NCBI GenBank assembly: GCA_013044245.1
Contig: JABEVK010000004.1
Coordinates: 1,842 to 65,841, forward strand
Source: Spirochaetales bacterium
GTDB taxonomy: Bacteria; Spirochaetota; Spirochaetia; JABEVK01
Length of the DNA: 64,000 nt
Direction: 5' to 3'
The notes beneath the pieces were generated by a model. The model ran no database searches. It saw nothing but the letters and a program-made list of their open reading frames with translations, and was not told the DNA's origin. Numbering within the stretch: the stretch's first letter is position 1; each line of letters begins with the position of its first letter. Positions 45,833 to 55,498 of the stretch are shown here, piece by piece. The translations under genes were made by a program, and so were the position numbers.

Positions 45833-46558
45833 GTGTCTGAACGACGATTTTTTCTTGAGGTGTTAATCCTTAAAACCTATCCCGTTGGCGAAACTCATCG
45901 TGGGCTTTTTGTCCTATCGCGTGAAAAAGGTACCCTTTCGTTGATAGCGTTCGGGGCTCAGAGTCCGCGTAGCCGCTTTCGTGCTTTATTGACTCCCTTG
46001 AGGCGGGTAAAAGTCTCGGTATTCCATGATCCCGTTAAGGATTCTTACAAAATTGAAGAGGCAGAGCTTCTGGATTCCCATGAGGGGTTGGCCCATGATC
46101 CGCAACGGTTCTTTTCAGCGGCCCGATGGGCTGATCTACTTCGTCGCGTACCTTCTCTTGAGACGGGTTCGTATGACTTACTATCTGAGTCACTTCGTTT
46201 AGCGTGTGGCGTTTCTCAAGAAAGGCTCGTTCGTCTTGAAATACAATTTTTGTGGAGACTTGCCGAAGAATCAGGTTTGAGACCAGAATTTTTGAACTGT
46301 GACGGTTGCGGTGCCACGTTGTTCGGGAGTAGTGTGAGCTTTTCCACGAATCCCGTCGCGGTATTTTGTCCTCGATGTTCGTCCGGCCACTGGACGTTAA
46401 GCCTAAAAGAAGTGGATTATTTGACCGCGACCGCGGTTCTTTCGCTGGAAGACAGCCTCCAGGCACCTACCGAAGGCTCTTCGTTAGAACATCTGAGGTC
46501 TATGGCTTTTGACCTATGGAGTCAGGTCTTGGGCCAAGAACTTCCCCGTTATGGTTAA
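45833..46558 (+). CDS. recO: DNA repair protein RecO
   Basis: N-terminal OB fold (GETHR, AFGA), GLRP, CDGC...CPRC zinc site. Confidence 0.85.
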   Translation: MSERRFFLEVLILKTYPVGETHRGLFVLSREKGTLSLIAFGAQSPRSRFRALLTPLRRVKVSVFHDPVKDSYKIEEAELLDSHEGLAHDPQRFFSAARWADLLRRVPSLETGSYDLLSESLRLACGVSQERLVRLEIQFLWRLAEESGLRPEFLNCDGCGATLFGSSVSFSTNPVAVFCPRCSSGHWTLSLKEVDYLTATAVLSLEDSLQAPTEGSSLEHLRSMAFDLWSQVLGQELPRYG

Positions 46559-46573
46559 GGGGCTGAAGGAGGG

Positions 46574-47878
46574 GTGATGAGGGCAGTAGAACTGATCTGG
46601 CAAAAGCGCCAGGGAAGTCGGCATTCCCAGCAAGATCTAGAAGGCTTCATCCAAGACTATGTTGAGGGACGACTGCCTGATTACCAAATGGCTGCATGGC
46701 TCATGGCTGTATTTTTTAAAGGCCTCGATTTTGAAGAAACCAGCTGGCTGACATCGGCCATGATGCATTCGGGTGAGGTGTTGCAATTTCCTGGGGCTTC
46801 TTTGCTCGTTGATAAGCACTCCACCGGAGGCGTTGGTGACAAAGTTTCATTGATGCTAGCACCCTTGGCAGCGGCATGCGGACTAAAGGTCCCTATGATG
46901 AGCGGCCGTTCCCTTGGGCATACCGGTGGAACTCTCGACAAACTTGAAGCTATTCCCGGTTACCGAACTTCGCTGACGCCTTCCGAAATGGCGGCAGGAT
47001 TGGCAAAAAATGGGTATTTTATGACGGGTCAAACACAAACCGTCGTTCCTGCCGACCGGCTAATGTATGCCTTACGTGATGTTACTGCGACCGTGGAATC
47101 TATACCGCTCATCACTGCCAGTATCCTTTCGAAAAAGTTGGCTGAAGGTGCCTCTTCGTTGGTCTTTGACGTCAAAGTGGGCAGTGGGGCCTTTATGAAA
47201 ACTTTGCCCCAAGCACGTGCTTTAGGCCAAAGTTTGGTTCAAACTGCTCACGCCCTTGGTCGTCGCGCCGTTGCGGTTCTGACCTCCATGAACGTACCTT
47301 TAGGCCGTATGGTCGGCAATTTTTTAGAGGTCGAAGAGGCCTACGAGTTTCTTCACAACCGCTACGAACCCGATTTAGGCGAGGTTACTTTTCGCTTGGT
47401 GGGGTGGATGCTTTTTTTGGGTGGGTTGGTCGAATCTGTTGACCAAGGCATTGAGTTGGCAATAGCAAAGCTTCAGGAGGGTACGCCTTTACAGCTTTTT
47501 CGTCAAAACGTCCTCGACCAAGGAGGCAATTGGTCGTTACTGGAGCAACAAATCGGTAATCGCCGAGCGCCAGTTGTTCTCGATTTCTTGGCTCCTAGCG
47601 ATGGGTTTTTTGCTGAAGTTGATACGCAAGTTTGCGGGTTGGTAGCCACGGGACTCGGTGCTGGTAGAAGTCAGAAAGAGGATATTCTTAGCCCCGAAGC
47701 GGGCCTCGAGTGGTTGTTAAAACCAGGGCGGACCGTGAAAAAAGGGGATGTTCTTGCCAAAATATGGACAGACCATGAAGCAAAAGCGGCTCAGGCTTTG
47801 TCTCGTTTAGAACAAGCTTGCCGCTTTGAACAAAAAGCGCCAGAGCAGGAGAAGCTCATTCTTGAGGAATTATACTAG
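46574..47878 (+). CDS. pdp: Thymidine/pyrimidine-nucleoside phosphorylase
   Basis: DKHSTGGVGDK, SGRSLGHTGGTLDKLE, LRDVTATV, SILSKK, DVKVGSGAFMK. Confidence 0.94.
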   Translation: MMRAVELIWQKRQGSRHSQQDLEGFIQDYVEGRLPDYQMAAWLMAVFFKGLDFEETSWLTSAMMHSGEVLQFPGASLLVDKHSTGGVGDKVSLMLAPLAAACGLKVPMMSGRSLGHTGGTLDKLEAIPGYRTSLTPSEMAAGLAKNGYFMTGQTQTVVPADRLMYALRDVTATVESIPLITASILSKKLAEGASSLVFDVKVGSGAFMKTLPQARALGQSLVQTAHALGRRAVAVLTSMNVPLGRMVGNFLEVEEAYEFLHNRYEPDLGEVTFRLVGWMLFLGGLVESVDQGIELAIAKLQEGTPLQLFRQNVLDQGGNWSLLEQQIGNRRAPVVLDFLAPSDGFFAEVDTQVCGLVATGLGAGRSQKEDILSPEAGLEWLLKPGRTVKKGDVLAKIWTDHEAKAAQALSRLEQACRFEQKAPEQEKLILEELY

Positions 47879-50011
47879 ATGAAAGTTGAAAAACGTCAGC
47901 ACTGGAGCAAAAAACCGCTTGATTCCGCCGAGGTTAAGCAGATGGCAGTTCGCTACGGTCTTAGCCTGTTGGAGGCATCCATTTTGCTGCGACGGGGGAT
48001 CACGGAAGGAAAAGACCTTCTCTTTTATCTCGAAGACGATTTACGTTTTCTTCACAATCCGTTTTTGTTTGCTTCCATGGAAGATGCTGTGGATCGCCTT
48101 TTAGCGGCTCAAGAAGAAAAAGAACAAGTTTTTGTTTTTGGTGACCGTGATGTCGATGGGGTGAGTGCCACGGTGTTGTTGGTCGAGGCCTTGCACGAAT
48201 TGGGGTTAAAACCGGAATGGAAGGTTCCTGAAGGCGAAGAGACCTATGGTTTATCTGAAAGCGTCATTGCCCTTGCTGTCGAAAAAGAATGTACTTTGTT
48301 GGTCACGGTGGATTGTGGAATTTCGAATGCTGCGGAAATTGCCAAAGCCCGACAAGCGGGAATAGATGTGATTGTTTTAGATCACCATGTTTCTCCCGAA
48401 GACCTGCCTCTGGCCATGGCCATTCTTGATCCGAAGATTCCTGAAGAATCCTATCCCTTTCCGTATCTATCGGCGACAGCCGTTGTCAGCAAACTAGTCT
48501 GGGCGTTACGTTTTGCACAAACCCCCCTATATAATCAGCGGCTTTGCCTGTTGAATGTCCGTCAAGGCGAGGACGGATTGACGGTTGAGGCCTGCCATCT
48601 GGTCAATTTGCTGGTGAAAAAGCGTCTGTGCCTGGTTTTTACTTCCGAAACCCCCCGTTCAACGGCAGCCCTGTTGGCCGAGTTCCTCCAAGATCAAGAA
48701 ATTTATGTCTGGGACTCTGGTCAACAAACGGCTTTATTGAAACAGATTTTTGGGGCAAGGGCCTTGATTAGCCTTTTTGATATGGCTCCTGGTATCTTGC
48801 AAGCTTTTCCTGGTCTTAAAAGTCTGACGCTCCCCGAGGTCTTGGCTAAAAGTCGCCTCCCCCGGTATTTTCCTGATACTGAACCGTTAGATATTCTGGT
48901 CAGCTTATTCATCAGCTCGGTACATAAAAAATTTCCTCCGCTTGGTAGCGAATTTACTTCTGTTTTAGATCTGGTAGGGTTGTCGACGTTGGCCGATATG
49001 ATGCCGCTTGAAGGCGAAAATCGTATTCTGGTGCGCTTGGGAATGCAGTCCCTGAACAAATCGACACGCCCCGGGCTTCGTAGCCTGCTGATGAAACTCA
49101 AACTCCTGGGACATCCCCTGTCGACCACCGAGGTGTCTTGGCAGGTAACTCCTGTTTTAAATGCGGCAGGAAGGTTAGGGGAACCTGCCTCGGCGATAGA
49201 TCTGTTTTTAACAGGCGAGGAAGAAAAGCGTAAGCTCTTGGCCGATCGGTTAGAGGAGCTAAATCAAGAACGCAAAGCTCTCAGCCAAACCGCTTGGACT
49301 GATATTCTTCCGCAAGCTCGCCAATTCTGGGAGGCCTCGGGAGAACGCTTTGCTTTGGTGCACGACGCGCGTGTGCCTAAGGGAATTACCGGAATTCTTG
49401 CTTCGCGGCTCATGAACACTTTGGGAGTTCCCGCTCTCGTCATGACCGAGCAAAGAAATAAAACAATAGGCTCGTTGCGAACTAATCGCGGTTTCGAGAC
49501 TAGACGATTTCTCGATGCCTTTGCTGACCTTTTCATCGATTATGGGGGGCATGCACAAGCGGCTGGATTTCAAATGCTGAGTTCCAATTTGGAAGAGTTT
49601 AAAAGCCGACTTTCATCAATGCTTCCACAATTCGCGCTCACCGATAAAACAGACCTGACCTTAGATTTGGATGCTGAGATTCCGTTAAATATGTTGACCG
49701 CAGATCTCATCAAGATTGTCGATTATTTTGAACCCTATGGCGAAGGCAATCGACCACTGATATTTTCGACGAAAGGCTTACGGGTTTTGGACGCCGACTT
49801 GGTAGGGAAATCTGGGGCCCAGCACCTCAAAATGACGCTCGACGCGGGAACTGCAAAATGGCCAGCCATTTGGTGGAATGCACTGGAATTTCTCCCTTCA
49901 GCGAAGGTAGTCTCCGGTTCTATCGTGAATATCGCTTACCAGGTCGGACGAAACTATTTTTATGGTCAAGAATCCTTGCAACTGACAATTTTAGATTTAG
50001 AAATGGTATAG
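47879..50011 (+). CDS. recJ: Single-stranded-DNA exonuclease RecJ with large internal insertion
   Basis: GDRDVDG, TVDCG, LDHH, ADMMPL, NAAGRL, GGHAQAAG, EPYGEGN. Confidence 0.94.
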   Translation: MKVEKRQHWSKKPLDSAEVKQMAVRYGLSLLEASILLRRGITEGKDLLFYLEDDLRFLHNPFLFASMEDAVDRLLAAQEEKEQVFVFGDRDVDGVSATVLLVEALHELGLKPEWKVPEGEETYGLSESVIALAVEKECTLLVTVDCGISNAAEIAKARQAGIDVIVLDHHVSPEDLPLAMAILDPKIPEESYPFPYLSATAVVSKLVWALRFAQTPLYNQRLCLLNVRQGEDGLTVEACHLVNLLVKKRLCLVFTSETPRSTAALLAEFLQDQEIYVWDSGQQTALLKQIFGARALISLFDMAPGILQAFPGLKSLTLPEVLAKSRLPRYFPDTEPLDILVSLFISSVHKKFPPLGSEFTSVLDLVGLSTLADMMPLEGENRILVRLGMQSLNKSTRPGLRSLLMKLKLLGHPLSTTEVSWQVTPVLNAAGRLGEPASAIDLFLTGEEEKRKLLADRLEELNQERKALSQTAWTDILPQARQFWEASGERFALVHDARVPKGITGILASRLMNTLGVPALVMTEQRNKTIGSLRTNRGFETRRFLDAFADLFIDYGGHAQAAGFQMLSSNLEEFKSRLSSMLPQFALTDKTDLTLDLDAEIPLNMLTADLIKIVDYFEPYGEGNRPLIFSTKGLRVLDADLVGKSGAQHLKMTLDAGTAKWPAIWWNALEFLPSAKVVSGSIVNIAYQVGRNYFYGQESLQLTILDLEMV

Positions 50012-50024
50012 ATTGGGGGACGCG

Positions 50025-50987
50025 ATGAAACGCTTCTTTGCCGTGTTTTTTGGCTGTTTGCTCTTTTGGGGAGGAACTCTGTGGGGGCAATCCAACCTCT
50101 GGGTGCCTTCAAGTTTGCAAGCAGGTCAAGCCGCCGCTGTCTTGGTATGGAACGGAACTTTGTCCCCAGGGTTTCGTGTTACCATCATATCTGAAAGAGG
50201 GAAAACCTTATACTCTGCCCATTCCTTCCCCTTACCTCCCGAGATGAATTCCCAAGTGGGGGTAGCGAACCTTCAAGCGGCCTTACTTGCCGTGGACGCC
50301 ATGACTCCTTCCCAGCACGCCTTTCTCAAAGTTAGCGATGCACGGGGAACAGCCTACGAGTTCGCGTTACCTATTCAGGCAGGCCAGTTTCCGCGGGAGA
50401 TTCTTCACTTGAACCGAGCAATGTCAAACTTACGCGAGAAGCCCAGTCCTGTGGTTCATGAACAAGCGGTTTCGATCTGGGACATCTATTTAGCAGTACA
50501 CCCCCAGGCCATTTTTCAAGATCAGTCTTGGTGTCTTCCCGTAAAGGGGCACCCCCCCATTTCGTCACCCTTTGGTGATACCCGTACCTTTATCTACACG
50601 GATGGCAATGAAGCCTCAACCTATCATACGGGAATTGACTTTGCCGTCGTGCAAGGAACCCCCGTTTGGTCTTGTGGAGCAGGAAAGGTCCTGCTTTCAC
50701 AAAATCGCAAACTGACCGGCGAAACGGTAGTGATTGAGCATTGGCCGGGAGTTTACAGTGATTACTTTCACTTGAGTAAACGTTTAGTAGAGGTAGGCCA
50801 AATTGTTCAACAAAACCAGTTGGTTGGGTATTCGGGGGCAACAGGCTTGGTGACAGGGCCCCATCTGCACTGGGAGGTGCGCGTTCACGGGATTCCCGTC
50901 AATGGAGAGAATTTAGTCCATCGTCATCTTCTTGACAAATCTTGGATTCTCGCTAAAATTGGCTCTGCCGATAGGAAGAGGGGGTGA
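50025..50987 (+). CDS. M23 family metallopeptidase
   Basis: Signal peptide; [20 protein letters not shown]. Confidence 0.92.
   Translation: MKRFFAVFFGCLLFWGGTLWGQSNLWVPSSLQAGQAAAVLVWNGTLSPGFRVTIISERGKTLYSAHSFPLPPEMNSQVGVANLQAALLAVDAMTPSQHAFLKVSDARGTAYEFALPIQAGQFPREILHLNRAMSNLREKPSPVVHEQAVSIWDIYLAVHPQAIFQDQSWCLPVKGHPPISSPFGDTRTFIYTDGNEASTYHTGIDFAVVQGTPVWSCGAGKVLLSQNRKLTGETVVIEHWPGVYSDYFHLSKRLVEVGQIVQQNQLVGYSGATGLVTGPHLHWEVRVHGIPVNGENLVHRHLLDKSWILAKIGSADRKRG
50932..50959 (+). promoter_or_regulatory. Strong sigma70 promoter for rpsU inside the 3' end of the M23 gene
   Basis: TTGACA-16nt-TAAAAT. Confidence 0.7.
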
Positions 50988-51202
50988 TTACCATAGCCGT
51001 CATTACCGTTGACGACAACGAAGTGCTGGAAAAAGCCATCAAGCGTTTTAAGCGGATGGTTGAAAAAGAAGGGATTATCCGTGAGTGGAAAAAACGCGAA
51101 TATTTTGAAAAGCCCTCTACGATCAATAATCGGAAGAAAAAAGCACTTGAGCGAAAGCAGTTGAAAAAGCTCCGCAAGATTCAACAATCTACCCGCGGTT
51201 GA
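50984..51202 (+). CDS. rpsU: 30S ribosomal protein bS21 (true start possibly ATA at 50993)
   Basis: [26 protein letters not shown]. Confidence 0.96.
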   Translation: MITIAVITVDDNEVLEKAIKRFKRMVEKEGIIREWKKREYFEKPSTINNRKKKALERKQLKKLRKIQQSTRG

Positions 51203-51223
51203 GTTCAATTTTTGAGAAGAAAT

Positions 51224-51254
51224 AGCCGAACGGTTTACCGTCGGCTTTTTTTTT
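51224..51254 (+). terminator. Intrinsic terminator after rpsU
   Basis: AGCCGAACGG-TTTA-CCGTCGGCT followed by a run of T. Confidence 0.85.
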
Positions 51255-51272
51255 CTTTGAGAGGATTTTGCT

Positions 51273-51689
51273 TTGATATTGAAACCGAGTTTGTTTTTAA
51301 TACAATTTGCTGTCTTGATAGCAACAATAGCGGCACAAACGGCCCCAACCGTTAGCCCTACGGCAACCCCCACGCCTTCAGCCTCTGATCTTTCGACCCC
51401 TTTAGGGTTAAGCGGGGCATTAAAGAGTTTTCCTGACGAATTGATTATCGTTGATGTTCGGTCTGAAAACGCTTTTTGGCAAGGTCACCTTCCTCAGGCG
51501 GTAAATATCCCGTTAGGATTTCTCTGGTATCAGCACCCGAGTCGAAATCTTGATAGTTTTATTGTCGTTTATGGTCAACCCGCTTCATCAGATTCGAGAA
51601 AAGCGGCAGAAATTCTTCGTTTGCAAGGTTATCACCATGTAATCAATTTCGGTTCCATTTCCAAATGGAATGGGCCTTTGCAAAAGTAA
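51273..51689 (+). CDS. Exported rhodanese-like domain protein lacking the catalytic Cys (start uncertain)
   Basis: IVDVRS, GHLPQAVNIP, IVVYGQ, GSISKW; signal peptide and PT linker. Confidence 0.8.
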   Translation: MILKPSLFLIQFAVLIATIAAQTAPTVSPTATPTPSASDLSTPLGLSGALKSFPDELIIVDVRSENAFWQGHLPQAVNIPLGFLWYQHPSRNLDSFIVVYGQPASSDSRKAAEILRLQGYHHVINFGSISKWNGPLQK

Positions 51690-51742
51690 GCCCACGCCAT
51701 CGGCAAAGGCGTAAATAGCGTTAAAAAGGTTAGGTATTTCCC

Positions 51743-54646
51743 ATGTCTGAAAAATTCTCACGACTCTCTTCTCAGCTGTATGGCTTTAGTTGCAAGGCTG
51801 TCGATGAACTTTCAGAATTTAATGGGCGCGGTGTTTTGTATGTCCACGAAAAAACTGGTTTGACAGTTTATCATCTTGAGACTGCTGACCCCGAAAACCT
51901 AGCCTCTTTCGTGTTTCGGACACTGCCAGAAGATGACACCGGCGTCGCTCACATTCTTGAACATACCGTCTTATGTGGATCGCAAAAATATCCGACGAAA
52001 GATCCCTTTCTTTATTTAGCAAAAAGCAGTCTGAATACGTTTTTGAATGCCATGACCTATCCGGATAAAACAGTGTATCCGGTAGCTTCTGTCGTTCCTA
52101 AAGATTTCTACAATTTATTTCGAGTCTACGCCGACGCAGTTTTTTTTCCTTTATTGAAGCCTGCCGCCTTTCGCCAAGAAGGGCATCGCTTGGAATGGGA
52201 TCATCAGGGTGGTCTTCAGCGCTCAGGTGTTGTTCTCAACGAGATGAAGGGCAACTATTCCAGCCCAGAATCGGTTATCTACGATGCTGTTCAGCGTTCT
52301 TTATTTGACGAGGGACCTTATCATTTTGACTCTGGCGGCGATCCTCACGCGATTCCTGATATAACCCACGAGGGATTGGTCAAATTTCATCAAAAACATT
52401 ATCACCCTTCGTATTGCTTGGTCTTTTTGTATGGAAACCTTCCCGTGCGCCAGGCGCTTAAAATTCTCAGCCGTGAAGTTCTCCCCTCCTTTCAAATACG
52501 CCCTCTTCCTGAACCTTTCCCGCTTCAAAAACGGCGACAAGAGCGACGTATTGTTGAAACAGTTTACCCCGGCTCGGAAGAGGAACCGGGAACAGTGGCT
52601 TTGGCCTGGCTTACCGAAGATATTTTAGATTTTCAAACCATTTTGGTTCTCGAGGTCCTTACCGAGGCTTTGCTTGGAGACGGCGGACTTCTTCAGAAAG
52701 CGTTATTGGAAGCAGGGCTGGGAGAAGATCTATCTCCGGTCAGCGGGTTAGAAACCGATTTGCGCGAGGTGGTTTTCTCGGTAGGGATGCGTGGAGTTCC
52801 TGCAGAACAGGCCACTCAGTGGGAAGCCTTTGTTTTAGATCAACTTTCAGTGTGGGCGCATGAGGGCTTGCCTCAAGAATTGCTCGAAGCTGTTATTGCT
52901 AGCTATGAGTTTTCGTTGCGCGAACTTCGGGCGGGGGGAATGGGCCTAAGATACCTTCGCCGCTTGATGCGCACTTGGCTTCATGGTGCTTCTCCCCGCG
53001 ACAGCCTTATTATCGCGGAACGCCTTCAATTGCTCAAAGACCAATTGAGTCAAGGCCTGCCGGTTTTTCAACAAGTTCTAAAAAAGTATTTGTTAGAGAA
53101 CCCTCATCGTACTCTGGTGATTTGCCGCCCTGATCCTGCAGTTTTTCAACAAGATGAGGAGCTCGAAAAGGAACAATTGGCGGAATTACGCATGAAGCTG
53201 ACTGAAGCAGAAATTGAACAGTTAAAAATTGAACAAGAAGAGGTGCGTCAATTTCAAGAACTGCCCGATTCTCCTCAAGCGGTAGCTACTTTGCCCAGTT
53301 TGACCTTGCGAGATATCCCGCGAAAAGTAGATATTCCGGTTTCGTCGTGGGAAACCCAACAACCTTTTCCGTTTTGGGTCCATGAAACCTTCACCAACGA
53401 AATAGCCTATGCCGATGTCGGGTTTGACTTGAGTCACCTTACTCCTGACGATTGGTTGGTCCTTCCGTTCTGGCTTCGCTGTCTAGATAGTTTAGGGACA
53501 AAAGAGCTCTCGTACGATCTGTTAGCCAGGCAATTGGCGTTGCACACGGGGGGCTTCTCTGCACGCGCAACCGCTGATCGTCCCTTGGGACATCGCCCCG
53601 AAGAACGTCGTCTTTGGATGCGCTTTCGGATGCTGGATGAAAAAATCGAGAATGCCTTTGATCTGATCGAAACGTTGCTCAAGACTTTGGCATGGCAAAA
53701 CGAAAGCCGTCTCAAAGAGCTGCTGTTAGAAATGGTGAATGATTGGAATTCGTCTTTGGTGCCCCGGGGGCATGTTTTTGCCTCATACCGCAGTGCGGCT
53801 GGGTTTTCTCCATCGACGCAGATCACAGAATTGACCGGGGGATTAAGTCAGCTGGATTTTTTGAATACTCTTGATTTGACTCCTCCTGGAGTGTCACGTC
53901 TAAGTCAGCAGTGCGAGAATCTTACTCAGCGTATCTTGAGTACAAGCCAGGCTGTGGGTGGTGTTACTGGTAACCGTAACGCGATAAACAGGATGCTCAA
54001 GCGTTTTCAGTCATGGCCGGAGTTGTTTTCCGAGCGACATCTTTCAAATCTTGTAGAATTTCCTCATTTTTCTTCTGTACAGACGCGAAGGAACATACCT
54101 AGTACCGTTGGGTTTCATTCGCTAACTTTACCGGCTTCGCGGCTGGGAGAGGTGGGTCATGAAGCTGAATTGGTTTTGGGGCACCTTTTGCAGACTGGGG
54201 TATTATGGGAAGAAATTCGGATGAAGGGTGGAGCGTATGGCGTTTTTGCTTCACAAAGTTCGTTAGAAGGACTGATTACTTTAGCCACCTTCCGCGACCC
54301 TCGTGAGCAAGAATCCTTTGCAGCTTTCCGGTATGGGCTGGAGTTTTATCGGGACCATCCCCTCGAGCAACAAGACCTATCGAATGCTATTTTAGGCGCG
54401 ATTAGCGGTGATCTAACGCCACGCTCGCCTTCTGAACGCGGTTTTCTGGGCCTTCAGCGTTCGTTGCTAGGTATTACCGACGGCCTGCGACAACAAAAAC
54501 GTGACCGTATGAAGGACCTTAAACCGAAAGATATACGCAAAGCTGCCGAGCGCCTGATAGCCTCCTGGGATCAAGGGGCTAAGTTTTCCTTAGTACCGCA
54601 GACGGGGGACAAGGGTGTACCACCGGTTGAAGTCCAGGCCCGATGA
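51743..54646 (+). CDS. M16C (PreP/Cym1-like) insulinase-family metallopeptidase
   Basis: HILEH (HxxEH), LNAMTYPDKT, NEMKG, SGGDP, IRMKGGAYG. Confidence 0.93.
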   Translation: MSEKFSRLSSQLYGFSCKAVDELSEFNGRGVLYVHEKTGLTVYHLETADPENLASFVFRTLPEDDTGVAHILEHTVLCGSQKYPTKDPFLYLAKSSLNTFLNAMTYPDKTVYPVASVVPKDFYNLFRVYADAVFFPLLKPAAFRQEGHRLEWDHQGGLQRSGVVLNEMKGNYSSPESVIYDAVQRSLFDEGPYHFDSGGDPHAIPDITHEGLVKFHQKHYHPSYCLVFLYGNLPVRQALKILSREVLPSFQIRPLPEPFPLQKRRQERRIVETVYPGSEEEPGTVALAWLTEDILDFQTILVLEVLTEALLGDGGLLQKALLEAGLGEDLSPVSGLETDLREVVFSVGMRGVPAEQATQWEAFVLDQLSVWAHEGLPQELLEAVIASYEFSLRELRAGGMGLRYLRRLMRTWLHGASPRDSLIIAERLQLLKDQLSQGLPVFQQVLKKYLLENPHRTLVICRPDPAVFQQDEELEKEQLAELRMKLTEAEIEQLKIEQEEVRQFQELPDSPQAVATLPSLTLRDIPRKVDIPVSSWETQQPFPFWVHETFTNEIAYADVGFDLSHLTPDDWLVLPFWLRCLDSLGTKELSYDLLARQLALHTGGFSARATADRPLGHRPEERRLWMRFRMLDEKIENAFDLIETLLKTLAWQNESRLKELLLEMVNDWNSSLVPRGHVFASYRSAAGFSPSTQITELTGGLSQLDFLNTLDLTPPGVSRLSQQCENLTQRILSTSQAVGGVTGNRNAINRMLKRFQSWPELFSERHLSNLVEFPHFSSVQTRRNIPSTVGFHSLTLPASRLGEVGHEAELVLGHLLQTGVLWEEIRMKGGAYGVFASQSSLEGLITLATFRDPREQESFAAFRYGLEFYRDHPLEQQDLSNAILGAISGDLTPRSPSERGFLGLQRSLLGITDGLRQQKRDRMKDLKPKDIRKAAERLIASWDQGAKFSLVPQTGDKGVPPVEVQAR

Positions 54647-54676
54647 CGGTAAGATAACAGCTGAGGAGTGGTAGTT

Positions 54677-55423
54677 ATGTATAAAATTGTCCTGATGCGC
54701 CACGGTGAAAGCCTGTGGAACCAGAAAAACCTTTTTACTGGCTGGGTGGACGTTGATCTGGCTCCCGCCGGAGTGCAAGAAGCTATCGAAGCAGGTGATA
54801 TTCTCAAAAAAGAGGGCTATGTCTTCGATTTAGCTTACAGCTCAATGCTTCGTCGAGCCAATAAGACGCTCAATACGGTTTTGGATCAAATGGATCTTTT
54901 GTGGATTCCCGTCAAGAAGACTTGGCGGCTGAATGAACGACATTATGGAGCCCTCCAGGGACTCGATAAGGCTGAAACTTTGGCCAAGTATGGCGATGAC
55001 CTCTTTAAACAGTGGCGACGTTCCTATGATGTGCCGCCTCCGGCCCTTGAAAAATCGAGTGCTATGTACCCGGCTAAGGATCCCCGCTACGCCAATATTC
55101 CTGCTGATGAAGTTCCTGCCACCGAGTGTCTCAAAGATTGTGTGGCTCGCGTTCTGCCGTACTGGCAAGTCGAAATTGCCCCTCAGATCCTCTCGGGAAA
55201 AAAGATCATCATTGGTGCCCATGGCAATTCTCTTCGGGCTCTGCTTAAGTATCTTAAAAACATTTCAGAAAAAGATATTGCGGAACTCAACATTCCCACA
55301 GCCGTTCCCTTGGTTTTGGAGCTAGATGAAAATCTGCACTATATTCGTGATTACTACTTAGGCGATCAAGTCAAGATTCAGGCTAAAATCGCTGGTGTTG
55401 CTGCTCAAGGGCAAAAAAAATAA
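54677..55423 (+). CDS. gpmA: 2,3-bisphosphoglycerate-dependent phosphoglycerate mutase
   Basis: [31 protein letters not shown]. Confidence 0.98.
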   Translation: MYKIVLMRHGESLWNQKNLFTGWVDVDLAPAGVQEAIEAGDILKKEGYVFDLAYSSMLRRANKTLNTVLDQMDLLWIPVKKTWRLNERHYGALQGLDKAETLAKYGDDLFKQWRRSYDVPPPALEKSSAMYPAKDPRYANIPADEVPATECLKDCVARVLPYWQVEIAPQILSGKKIIIGAHGNSLRALLKYLKNISEKDIAELNIPTAVPLVLELDENLHYIRDYYLGDQVKIQAKIAGVAAQGQKK

Positions 55424-55426
55424 CGT

Positions 55427-55462
55427 AATTCTGTCGGTTTGACCTCAAGCCGACGGATTTTT
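55427..55462 (+). terminator. Probable intrinsic terminator after gpmA
   Basis: AATTCTGTCGGTTTGA-CC-TCAAGCCGACGGATT followed by TTT. Confidence 0.7.
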
Positions 55463-55498
55463 CTTGCCTTAACGTTAAATGTTTCCGACTTTTGTTTC

